DNA of 64,000 nt from Octopus sinensis (taxonomy: Eukaryota). The stretch's first letter is position 1. Each line of letters starts with the position of its first letter. The translations under genes were made by a program, and so were the position numbers. Below are positions 51,820 to 64,000 of this stretch, one piece after another. The notes below the pieces were generated by a model. It made no database searches. It had not been told where the DNA came from and saw only the letters and a program-made list of their open reading frames with translations. The stretch is from contig NC_042999.1 in assembly GCF_006345805.1 (NCBI RefSeq), forward strand, positions 69,440,001 to 69,504,000. Direction: 5' to 3'.

Positions 51820-51878
<59 letters not shown>

Positions 51879-51949
51879 TATATATATATACACATATATA
51901 TATATATATACACATATATATATATATATACACATATATATATATACAT

Positions 51950-51990
<41 letters not shown>

Positions 51991-52003
51991 TATATATATA
52001 CAT

Positions 52004-52044
<41 letters not shown>

Positions 52045-52419
52045 TAGATAGATATATGTATACAATGAGCTACTTTCACTTTCTTTCTACCAAATCCACT
52101 CATAAGGCTTTGGTCGGCCTGAGGCTATAGCAGAAGACACCTGCCCAAGGTGCTCTATAGTAGGACTGAACCCCTTACCACACATCATTATTTAAAATCC
52201 ATTTTTGCATGACACACAGCAGGGTTGAGGTAGGATTTCCACTCCAAACTTGTAAAACCCACACCAACAAGCACAATCCTAACAGACCCATGGGTGGGAG
52301 GGTTGCCACCTGAGTGGTGCAAAAGTGTCGTTGGCCAGGAGTAGCAGGGAATCACCAGCAATTGGTGGATACTGCAACACACTGTTACAGAGCAAGACCC
52401 CATACTAATACAACTACAT

Positions 52420-53160
52420 TTGTCAATGCTGGCATAGGTTCAATGCCAGCATGAGTGAATCCAGCAAGCTCCAGGGCCATGTCAATCACCAGGGTCAACT
52501 GTTTCCTGGATGTCCTTCCTAACAGCAACTACTTTATCTTGTCTGAGTTCCAGTTCCAACCTCTGCATTTTATTTCATCACCGATTCTGTCGGTGCCAAT
52601 TGTTGTTTCAATTGTGTCACTTCAAACTTTTTGCTGCCACTTGATATCAAATATTCTCAAGCATGGGAAGCTGGCCATTGTTTTTTCTTCCTTTTTTGTC
52701 ACTTTTCCGCTTTCACATCCATTGAATAATATAGGTCAGACCAATTTCTTGAACAGCTTCAGCTTCATTTTGCAGCCTCTTCCATGGCTTCTCCACACCA
52801 TTCTTAGATTGTAGAATGTTCTCTGAACTTTGGATATTCCGTTCTTTATATCTTCCCTTTCCCTCATTCTTTCTTGACTGTCATCCCAAGGTAAACAAAT
52901 TCTTCGATGTCTTCCACTTCATTGTTGCCGATTCTTACACAATCTTGCTGTCTGGCATTATTCCTTAGTGTTTTTCATTCTTCTGGGTTGAGTTTAAGGC
53001 TAATTCTGTCCACGTTCTCTGCCAGTCTGTGTGTCTTGCTATAAATGTGTTTGTAGGTGGATGATAGCAATGCCATGTCTTCCACAAAGTTGAGATCTTT
53101 GAACATGCTCGTCAGGTTCCATCTAAAGCCATTCATAGGCCTTTCGGTTGTTTTTTTGCA
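52420..53160 (-). pseudogene. RTE-like LINE RT relic
   Basis: GFRWNLTSMFKDLNFVEDMALLSS (degenerate FADD) and IGNNEVEDIEEFVYLG, with stops and frameshifts. Confidence 0.75.
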
Positions 53161-54329
53161 TAACCCAGTCTGTTGCCATGAGAAACAGGAAGACTGATAT
53201 AATACAGCCTTGCTTGACTCCAGTTGTAACCTTAAAACCTGCTTGTCTTTAGTGGGTACTGGTGGCTTTTTCATGCCACTGACAAGAGTGAGGTCAGCAT
53301 CTAACTTGCAAGACAAGAAAAAAAGTATAAGAAAAAAGTATAAGGAAAAAGTATGAGAAAGGAAACCCTCTTTTACTGTAAGTCAGTAATTAAAACTTGA
53401 AACATTTAGCTCCAAATGTTAAGACTCTAAACGTATAAATATGAGAAGAAGCATATTTGACTGTTGTTTTAGCAGTGTCAATACTCTTACACAACAGATT
53501 CCTTCATTGACTTTGGTGACGTTATACTGGAAAGGTCAGCTGGTGTGAAGTCATGACACATCCACTTTACCTTCAACACTGATGTAGACACAATACACTT
53601 CTCACTCTTTACCAAATATTAATACAAACAGAGCGTATAACATCATTGCACTTGTCTCTACAACTGAGGGAACATCTGGGTGGTCTGTAAATATGCTGGA
53701 AACAGCAGCCAGATCTCCATTAAGTTACATCCTACTGTCCTAAATAAAGACAACACACAATGGATATTATAGTCCTACTTAATCTAAAAAGATGGTGTTC
53801 ATGGCTGGATTGTCTCTAGAGCTGAACTGGGTTAAACTACAACAATTACTTAGAGTGATAGGTCAATTCCACTTCCTAGAATTGCAGAAATGATTTTAAG
53901 GAAGTCAAAGTGGAATCAAGAACCAAGATAATGGTGCAACATTGAAAGATCTTCTCCCAACTCGTGACTCTACATCATCAACCGAGAATAATCACAACAG
54001 CAAACGTTAAGAGTCCTGAGCACACAGACATGTCTGTACTCTATTGAATCATCATCGTCATCATCATTTAACATCCATTGTTCATGATGGCATGGGTTGG
54101 ATGGTTTGACCTGGGATAGCAAGCTGGAAGGTTGCGCCAGACTCCAGTCTGATTTGGCATAGTTTTCTATGTCTGGATGACCTTCCTAATGCCAACCACT
54201 CTGAGTGTAATGGGTGCTTTTATGTGCCACCGGCACAGTTGCCTGTTTGCATGACACCAGTAGCTTCCATGACTGTGATTTTGCTTGGATTGATGGGTCT
54301 TCTTCTCAAGCATGACATAATGCCAAAGG

Positions 54330-54495
54330 TCTCAGTCATTGACTCCGTGGGGCCCAACACTTGTAAGGAACTCAGCCACTTTGCCTCCACGAGGCCCAAC
54401 ACTTGAAAGGAATTCAGCCACTTTGCTTCCATGAGGCCCAATGCTTGAAAGGAACTCAGCCACTTTGCCTCCGTGAGGCCCAATGCTTGAAAAGG
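54330..54495. repeat. Tandem repeat of about 43 bp, 3-4 copies
   Basis: The unit TCC(G/A)TGAGGCCCAA..CTTGAAAGGAA.TCAGCCACTTTGC. lies inside the (CAT)n-tail repeat family. Confidence 0.75.
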
Positions 54496-55964
54496 TGTTC
54501 TTTATGTATCACCATCATGGGTGTACTTGGCTTGATGAGTCCTCTCAAACACAGCACATTACCAAAGGTCTGTCACCAGTCATTGCCCCTGTGAGGCTCA
54601 ATCAGTTTAACAAATTTATCTTTTGATGCAGAATCATAGTTCATCTCTTAAACATGGTTCTGGGTTCATTCCACTGCATGGCATCTTGACCAAGTGTTTT
54701 CTAGGCCTGACCAGAAGCCCATTGTATATATATTTATGTGTGTGTGTCTGTCGTTCCCCATCACTACTTGACAACCAGTGTTAGTTTCATTGATTGTGTT
54801 ATGTTCAGGAAGTTGGGCCACAACACACCAGTTACATTTAGATGTAATATCATACCCCATCATCATCATCATTTAACGTCTGTTGTCCATTGTCCATGCT
54901 GGCATGGGTTGGATGGTTTGACAGGAACTAGCAAGGCCAGGGCCCACGCCATGTTTTCTAGTCTGTTTTGGCTTGATTTCTACAGCAGGATGCCCTTCCT
55001 AACACTGACCACTTTAAAGAGTGTGCTGGGTGCTTTTTATGCGACACCATCACCTGTGCTTTTTACGTGGTACTGGCACCAATACTTTCTTATGTGGTAC
55101 TTCGGTTTTAGAATATCAGTTCTGTTGTGGGCAGAAATTGGCACTTTGTCAGCTTTGATGACAAGGGTTCCGGTTGAACAAATCAGCGGAACAGCCTGCT
55201 CGTGAAATTAACTTACAAACGGCTGAGTGCTCCACAGACATGCTTACCCTTAACATAGTTCTCAGCATGACACAGGACTGTAACAAGGCCAGCCCCTTTG
55301 AATTACAGGTATGACTTAGTTTTGCCAGCTGAGTAAATTGGAGCAATGTGAAATAAAGAGTCTTGCTCAAGGACACAACCTCCCGCCAGGAATCGAACAC
55401 ACAACCTTACGGTCATGAGCCAAATACCCTAACCACTAAACTATGTGCCTTCACTAAGGACAAAGAGACACAAACATACACACAGACATAGATATAATGC
55501 TGTGCCATAACATACACATACTGCGAGGTGGCGAGCTGGCAGAAACATTAGCACACCGGGCGAAATGCTTAGCGGTACTTCGTCTGTCTTCATGTTCTGA
55601 GTTCAAAATCCATCAAGGTCAACTTTGCTTTTCATCCTTTCGGGGTCTATAAATTAAGTACCAGTTGCATACTGAGTTGTTCGTCGAGGAGGCGGGTGCC
55701 TACTACATGTTGATAATAGGCAATACACCTTGAAACCTAGGTCCGTGTGTGGTTTCCGCTTCATCGGGGAATTATCTCCCTTTGCAGGATAGAGGACGCC
55801 GTGATGGTGTCAAGCCTATCTGGCGACGTTGATGTTCGCCTGGGGCTAAATGCAACAGTAACACCCCCACCACCCTGCCCTGTCCCTAGCCATATTCAGA
55901 TGGCTTTAGTCCCTTATGTTATGGAGCAGTTACTGTCTATATCTCATTTAGAGAATTATTATTG

Positions 55965-56000
<36 letters not shown>

Positions 56001-56677
56001 TTTCAGGTCTAGATTCATATCACACGCTACACACACACTTTTTTGTCCTGAACCATACAAATGTTACTCGACATGTAGTTTGTTAGATTTTTCTCTTCTA
56101 CATTGTTACATTAGTCAATGTCTAAGTGTACCTAATATAGGTTCATGTTTTATACATAATTGTTCATTGGTTCTGCACATGTTTCAGACTTCACACACAC
56201 ACACACAAACACCTACACCCACACAAAGAAGTTTGTGGTGAAGTTTCATATATGCAGTCAAATGTCTCAGCTGTTTTATTCATAAACTTTCATGTTAAAA
56301 TATACTCACACACACACACACATACACACACACAAACATACACACTCACACAGACACACATATGTGTAGTGTGTTGTCCCACTTAACTCACTGAGTTGTA
56401 TACATACTGCTTGTTGAAACACTATACACACACCCTTATATGTGGGTGTGCATGTGTGTATAAATAAATAGATAAATAAATAAATAGATAAATATATATA
56501 TATATACATACACACACACACATTCTAAGCCTGAACAAGCTGGGTTTCAGTTAAAAGCTTGCAAAACTTGAAGTTGCTTTGGATCTGAAACAAACTGCTT
56601 TAAACAACAATACATGTAACTATGACTGTTTGTTTTGTTTGTCCAGACACTCGTGTGTGTGTGTGTGTTTATTAAGG

Positions 56678-56742
<65 letters not shown>

Positions 56743-58061
56743 GCCCACAGAACAAGCTTGTACATCCAGTAGACAAACACACACATATAAAGAGAGAGAG
56801 AGAGAGAAGACAAGAGAGGAAGTGATAGACAGACTGACAGACAGTATGTTGTATCACAGAGTGGTTATACACACAGAGCCTGTGGAACCAGTACACACGC
56901 ACACAGTTTGTTTAATGCTCTCATTAACACTAATCACTCAACTATAAATGAATTGAAATATTTCCTATTTTCAGCCAGTTTTTACTAAGGTAGACAGATT
57001 AATATCTTTTAATGAGAAGCAAATCCTAAATATCTGAGCCTGTCATTGCTCTAATGACATACATTCAGTAATTCAGAATTTTATATTTCTTAACCCTTGT
57101 AGAATTTACTAGAAATAAATAACAGTCATGTGTCCCCTTTTAACCCCTGAAGGTTTACTACAATAAAAATGGCAACATATCGTCATTGTCATCGTCGTTG
57201 TCGTTGTCGTCGTCGTCATCATCATCATCATTACCACTGTCATCATTTAATGCCAATTTTCCATGCTGGCATGAGTTGGGCAGTTTGATAGGACCCAGCA
57301 AACCACAGGAGTGCATCAAGCCCCTGGGATGCAGCAAGCTGCCGTGACTTGCATCAAGCCTCAATGTCTGCTTTGCCATGGTTTCTACAGCTGGATGCCT
57401 TTCCTAATACTGACCACTTCACAGAGGGGACTGGTTGCTCTTGTCTTGCCACTGGCACCAGTAACATTGGCTCCCTCATCTACATTTCACACCCTGATGT
57501 CAGATGATGTTGGCATTGGGTCAGTATAAAAACGTTATGCAAAGGCACATGGCACAGTGGCTGGGCATGTTGCACTCACAATCTCTAGGTCACGAGTTCA
57601 ATTCCCAGACTGGCTGTGCATTGTGTTCTTGAGCAAAACACTTCATTTCACATTGCTCCAGTCCACTCAGCTGTAAATGGGTAACACTGCAAGAACCAAC
57701 TTTCCAACCAGGGGAGAACGTTGGCCTGCTCACCTAGCCAGTGGGGTGGCATCATTTGAAAGCTAAAACAACGCAAAGTGCATTGTGACCAGCTATGTTT
57801 AGCAACATCCAATAGTCTGGTCGATCACATGATCATGTGATAAAAATATGAAACAAAAAGTATTGTTCAGATACATGGCCCAGTGGTTTATTATTGTATA
57901 AGATCATGGGTTCAGTTCCAGGACCAGGCAGTACATTGTATCCTAATCAAGGCTCTTCACTTCACATTGCATGTCTACTCATACGACATGAGTACCAGGT
58001 GAGTTCTGGTACAAGCCTCGCACTCCCTCCCTCTCTCTTTCTCTCCCCTCTCTTTCTCCAG

Positions 58062-58131
58062 CTGTGACTTCATGGATGTTGAACTGGGTGAAGACAGAGA
58101 GGACCAATTTGATGTCTATGTTCGCTTGTGA
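58062..58131 (+). CDS. Possible terminal coding exon of an unidentified plus-strand gene
   Basis: A long pyrimidine tract and TCTCCAG acceptor are followed by CDFMDVELGEDREDQFDVYVRL*. No upstream exon was identified. Confidence 0.3.
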
Positions 58132-58699
58132 CTGCATGGCAACCTCAAAACAATTAGTGGAAGTTCCTTCAAGCCTTGGTGACAGCTGTAATTATTTCGT
58201 TCTTACTTTTATTTAAATGAAAATATACCCTCAAAGATGACAATAACAGTCATTACAAGGTTGGTCAGATATGTTTTATAAATCAATATAAAAATTATAA
58301 AAATATAGAAGCAACAGGAGCTAGAAAAGAATTATATTTTTTAGCTCTTCGTCAACCATAACAAACAATATATACATACATACATACATACATATATAAA
58401 ATAAATATAGAGATATTCTAATTGACAAGTCAATAAATTATTTATATTACAATATTACATTAAATACTATTAATATGATATATAACATAACATAATATTA
58501 TATGAAAAATTATAAAAACCGTAAAAGGCTAACAAACTGTTTCAACTTATATATATATATCCGATATACATAATCACAGTTCCATTATATATAAATCACT
58601 TCAGGGTCCTTGGTTCAGAAAGATGAAATTCCATGTGAAAGGACAGCTGGATTGTAAAAATTAATTCAAATGTTAGTGTTATGAGTGTGATTATATATA

Positions 58700-58851
58700 T
58701 TGGAGAAAAAAAATATATACATATATTTTCTGTAGAAGAGCATAGGCTCGAAACATAAAAGACTTTTTCAATTCCTGAGCGTTATACTAATACATCTGTT
58801 TGTTTTCTACACCACCTGCCTTTGTCTTTTGTTTTTTTCGTGAATTCTCCC

Positions 58852-58855
<4 letters not shown>
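58700..58855 (+). mobile_element. PLE terminal fragment with CTGTAGA hammerhead-like motif (58726-58761)
   Basis: TTTT-CTGTAGA-A-GAGCATAGGCTC-GAAACATA-AAAG. Ends TTCGTGAATTCTCCC next to a TA/TATG tract; the same terminus occurs at 43016-43050. Confidence 0.6.
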
Positions 58856-58886
<31 letters not shown>

Positions 58887-59895
58887 GTCGAAACAATTTG
58901 TTGGCCTTTTATGGTTGTTATAATTATTCATATAATATTATGTTATGTTATATATCATATTCATAGTATTTAATGTAATATTGTAATATAAATAAATTAC
59001 TGGATTGTCAATATTATATCTCTATACTTTATCTTTGTAATTGCATTATACCAATATTTATATGGTATCCAACTGAAGTACCAGTGAATTGGATGTTTAA
59101 CACACCCCTTTGAAGGGTCTCTTTTCCTCAGTTTGTTACTTTATATATCATCATCATCATCATCATCATCATCGTTTAGCGTCCGCTTTCCATGCTAGCA
59201 TGGGTTGGACGGTTCAACTGGGGTCTGGGAAGCCAGAAGGCTGCACCAGGCCCAGTTTGATCTGGCAATGTTTCTACGGCTGGATGCCCTTCCTAACGCC
59301 AACCACTCCATATATATATATATATAGATGAGAGACAAATATTCTCTGTATAGAAGATACTTTGTCGTTCTCAAGAGATTTAAACTTGAACAGGTAGAGA
59401 AGTAAATGTAAGGATAGGCAAGTTAGGCAGGTTGCTATACAAAAAATATTCTTTTCTACTCTAGGCACAAGGCCTGAAATTTTGGGGTAGAGGCTAGTCG
59501 ATTAGATCAACCCCAGTATGCAACTGGTACTTAATTTATTGACCCTGAAAGGATGAAAGGCAAAGTCGACCTTGATGGAGTTCAGAACGTAAAGACAGAC
59601 AAAATACCACTAAGCATTTTGCCCGGCATGCTAACATTTCTGCCAGAAAAATATTAAATACATTTAATACAAAAAAATGTACATATGCTTACATATAAAA
59701 AGGTCTGACTTACAAAGAATAGAAGTGTTATCAGGAATTAAAGGGGTCGAGTAAGGGTTTTACAGGTTTTACCCCTTTAATTCCTGAAATTTCTACTCTG
59801 TGTAAGTTGGACCGTTTTATATGTAAACATATGAACATTTTTTATATTAAGTGTATTTAATATTTTTGTATACCAACTTGCCTGACTTACATCTA

Positions 59896-59930
<35 letters not shown>

Positions 59931-60261
59931 TCATTTAGCATCTGCTTTCCATGTTGGCATGGATTGGACGGTTTGACAGGAACTGGTAAGCTAGGGAGCT
60001 GCACTAGGCCCCCATCTGATTTGGCATGGTTTTATTGGCTGGATGCCCTTCCTAATGCCAGATAAATATATATATATGCACATATACGCAGCGCTATGCG
60101 TGTGGCAAGTTTTCTATTGGAACAGAACAGTTGATAACTGGAAAGAATAAAACACACAGCCTTATTTCATATAAAAATACACATACATTGTAACACTTGC
60201 ACCCATCCACACCCACATACACACACACACATGCACAAACACACACAAAGCACAGAGACTG

Positions 60262-60529
60262 TCACTGGTCAGAGGAGATCTTTTCTGAAAAAAGAGATTC
60301 CTTTTCATCACTGTCATAGAGTTTAGCTGTAGACTGGGCCATATTCTCGGCTACCAAAGAGAAAGGAATGCCTGCTTCGGTTGATGCATGATCTGAGACT
60401 GAATCCAAGGCAGATATAGTTTGGCGCAGTTGTTCATAGTTCCACTGCATCTGTTGGACTTCTCCCTGGTGGCGTTGCTTATTTTCTTCAACTTCTTGTA
60501 GAAGATGATTATTGGTTTGAATCAGGGAC
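60262..60529 (-). CDS. Probable last coding exon of a host coiled-coil protein gene
   Basis: Acceptor ATTTACAG|G at 60530/60529. Reads SLIQTNNHLLQEVEENKQRHQGEVQQMQWNYEQLRQ...SSDQ*. Phase matches the upstream exon (AA|G = Lys). Confidence 0.75.
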
Positions 60530-60589
60530 CTGTAAATATATCATAGAAAACATATAAGTAATACCCCAGTAGTATATGTATGTATATTT

Positions 60590-60633
<44 letters not shown>

Positions 60634-61121
60634 ATAAGTCAAAACAATTTGTTGGCCTTTTATGGTTTTTATAATTATTTATATAATATTATGTTATGTT
60701 ATATATTATATTCATAGTATTTAATGTAATATTTTAATATAAATAAATTATTGGATTGAAGCATTCGCCACCATAACCTTGTTTAGGCTTAGCAGCCCTT
60801 CCTGTTTGTTTTCACTGTCCTGTTTGTGTTATAAATTTTGACCCTCCACAAAATCCCAAATTTTATTTAATTTGCTTTGCGGGAGCAACTGTTTTATCGG
60901 AAGCGTATATTGTTGTTAAGTGGTCAAAATACAAGAGTAGAAAAACAGCCAACAACTGATGAAGGGTTGTTCTTTGTGTTGTTTGTCTTGTTTTCCATTT
61001 GTGTTCATATTCCATGTACTCGTACTTCAAATTTTTTCTTGTGCACATTTTGTAATGTCTTGTGCCCACATATGCACATTATATATATATATACATATAG
61101 ATGTAAGTATGTTCATATACG

Positions 61122-61152
<31 letters not shown>

Positions 61153-62633
61153 ATATATGTATGTGTATATAGTTTATATTATATATATATATATATAGTT
61201 TAATAGAGTTAGCAGTCGGAATAACCATCTAAGGTATAAGAGTATCCATTTTTACTACCAATATAAATTACCTATGTTAACCCTGGGCATACATATGCAA
61301 GCATATTATGCTCCTAGGATACAGGCAATAAAATAAACAAGAGTTTATGAGGAATCAAGTTTAAATTAAGCAGAAAATGGAAAAAATTCTTGATCAACAA
61401 ACAAATTGACTATCAAGAATTATTATTTTTTAATACAAAACTTTATCACTTCTAACAGCCATTTCTGCGTCCAACATTCCTTAATGCTGTCAAAGAAAAT
61501 GCTGAGAATAATATTCATTATATTCTATAGCACATCCAATGTGGTATATGAAGAATATTATTCTCAGAATTTTTTTTGACAGCATTGAGGGATATTGGAA
61601 GCAGAAATGGCTGTTAGAAGTGATAAAGTGTTGTATTAAAAAATAATAATTGATGGTAGTCAATTCATTTGTTATCAAGAATTTTATCCATTTTCTGCTT
61701 AATTTAAATGTATGTATATATATATATATATATATACATACATAGTTATAGATTGAGTGGCATAGAAGTATCAGATCATTCCATAAGTAATGTCTGGATC
61801 TTAGATATTGAAAACAAGTAATCAAATCTTACATTTTAAAGTAACTTCATTAACAATATTACGTCTATAATCATCTATGACATCTTTCTATCTACTCGAA
61901 AGCTTTTTAATTCCATTAGTGAAAAACTGTTTTGGTTTTGAAGAGAAGAACTCTGAAGCTACTTACCACACACTCCTGCGCCTATGGATTTTTTTTTTAT
62001 TTAACATTTCTTCAAAGGTCAAAATTATCTTTATCTTTTGTTTTTTACTTGTTTCATTCATTAGACTGTGGCCATACTGGAGCACTCCCTTGAAGGGTTT
62101 AGTGAAACAAACCAATCCCAGGACTTAATTTTTAAAGTCTGCTACTCATGCTATCAGTCACTTTCACTGAACTGATAAGTTATAGGGACATAAACAAACC
62201 AACACCTTTTGTCAAATGGTGGATGGAGGAAAACAAACACAGACACAAAGATGCACATATACATATGTACATGACTGGAAATGAGTGACACCATCTGTAT
62301 GGTAGTGATGCTCGTTTACAACCATCAGAAGATGTCAAGAAAAGGACACGTGAACATGCACGCACTCACACACATGTGCGCATGCACCATCATGCACACA
62401 CATTCATATGCACATGCACACATACACACATATACATACACATATATATTATGGGCTTCTACACAGTTTTCATCTACCAAGTCGACTCACAACACTTTGG
62501 TCAGCCCGAAGCTACAGTAGAGGACACTTGCCCAAGGTGCCATGCAATAGGTTTGAACCCGAAACCATGTGGTTGGGAAGCAAACAGCTTAACCACATAA
62601 CCATGTATAAAAGAATTAATACAAAGTCCTTAC

Positions 62634-62748
62634 TTGTGACTTTCTTGAAGCATGTCTGCCAGAGTCTGTATCTGATAATACTGTTCCAATTTGGATTCTA
62701 ACAATTCAACATCTTTCTTCAGCTGAAGATTTTGGTCTTTCAGTTCTT
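62634..62748 (-). CDS. Internal coding exon of the same coiled-coil protein gene
   Basis: Acceptor TTTTATTCAG, donor AA|GTAAG. Reads ELKDQNLQLKKDVELLESKLEQYYQIQTLADMLQESH(K), with heptad-like composition. Confidence 0.75.
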
Positions 62749-64000
62749 CTGAATAAAATGAACAAAAAAAAATGTAAAAATTATTTTTAAAAATGGAGAA
62801 AAAAGTATAAACAAATATTATTATTGTTATCATTAGCAGCAGCAACAGTGGGAGCAGGAACAGAAGTGGGGACAGTAGCAGCATTTAACCCCGTTGTTCC
62901 CATATTTCTGTTGAGATGTTCTGTGTTTCTTTCAATTAATTTTAAATATAACAAAGAATTTAGTAATCACTAGTGTTAGGAACATGAATTGTGACTAAGG
63001 TTTGGTAGAAGATTTTAATTCAAAACTTATGGAAACAAAACATTTGTATTACAGAGCCAGAAGCAGTTTCAGCTGGGTTGGTATCAAAAGAGTTAAGAAT
63101 TGTTTTCTACGTTGGCATGGATTGGACAGCTTGACAGAAACTACAGGACTGTACTGAGGTCCAATGTCAGCTATGGCGTGATTCTTCTATGTCTGGATGC
63201 CTTTCTTAACTCCAGCCACTTTACAGAGTGTTCTGCGTGCTTTTCTTCATGACACTGGCACTAATGAAGTGGCCTAGTAACTTGCAAGGCAAGAAAAGAA
63301 AAGGAAAAAGGCCCCTTGACTGAGTGGACGGTGTATTTGTGCCTCTAAGACAAAGAAGGGGAGTGAGGAATATCCCCCCACCTCCCTTTTAAAGATGGTA
63401 GACTGTAATTTTAGTGACTTGGTTGTAATTTCTAGCAGGCTAATCAACCACAAACAGGTTCTCTTACTGGCTTGAGGATACAGGTGTTGACTGACTTTGT
63501 GTCAAAGAACAGAATGCCATAAAGAATATTTAAAGTTCCAGCTCTGTGCCAATTCCACAGCATTAATATCAAATTGTGGATGTGACTGTGTGGTCTTGGG
63601 TTTGATCCCACTGCATGGCACTTTGGATATCTTCTACAATAGTCATGGATTGACCAAAGCCTTGTGTGTAGGTTTGATAGATGGAAACTGAAAGAAGCCT
63701 ATTATATATGTGTTTAGTCATCCATCCATTCATCCATCCATATATACATACATCAATCCATCAATACATACATACATACATGCATACATACATACATACA
63801 TAGTTTGTTTTTGTATTTGGTTTGCAAGATATTTGATGTAAATTCATGTGTTGAAGCAAGTCTTGGGTGGGTCATTATGTCAATAACAGTAAACACACAC
63901 ACACTGGTTCAATATCACTTCTTTAATGTTAGTCAATCGGTTAAACATCTAACTCGTTAACTAAGTAACTAATTGAGCATTTCTTTAATGTATTGGTTAA

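Larger units (their letters stand above)
48544..51830 (-). mobile_element. Penelope-like element, 5'-truncated, with about 465-bp inverted terminal repeat
   Basis: 48544-49007 and 51365-51830 are about 99% identical reverse complements with an RT + GIY-YIG ORF between them. TA tracts lie outside both ends. Confidence 0.92.

Noticed and set aside
55747-56241. 164-aa ORF and acceptor-like TTTGCAG
   Set aside because: The region appears to be the antisense of an RTE-like 3' end (ARDRAGW on minus) running into a microsatellite.

Overview
AT-rich, microsatellite-dense eukaryotic DNA, most likely a coleoid cephalopod such as Octopus. That assignment is inferred from the SINE families and the (TA)n/(CA)n/(CAT)n load. 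The window is almost entirely intron or intergenic sequence filled with transposable elements. Host coding signal is limited to two spliced minus-strand exons of a coiled-coil protein (62634-62748, 60262-60529) and one tentative plus-strand terminal exon. Main results: (1) A non-coding 506-bp unit at 25371-26962, present as a tandem array plus an inverted copy. Each complete copy carries an intact-looking hammerhead ribozyme, so this is a retrozyme-like element predicted to release a 506-nt, possibly circular, RNA. (2) About ten further minimal or degenerate hammerheads in Penelope-like element (PLE) termini, including candidate core variants. Several apparent MITEs or foldbacks appear to be PLE ends with 5' inversions sitting in (TA)n. 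(3) A 5'-truncated PLE with an open RT + GIY-YIG ORF and about 465-bp inverted termini. (4) A nested hAT > Merlin (intact IS1595-like transposase, GG..CC ends, 8-bp TSD) > CR1 LINE structure; removing the Merlin restores the hAT reading frame. (5) A CR1 3' tail shared with the dominant SINE. All coordinates and alignments were read by eye, and the boundaries of degraded repeats are approximate.
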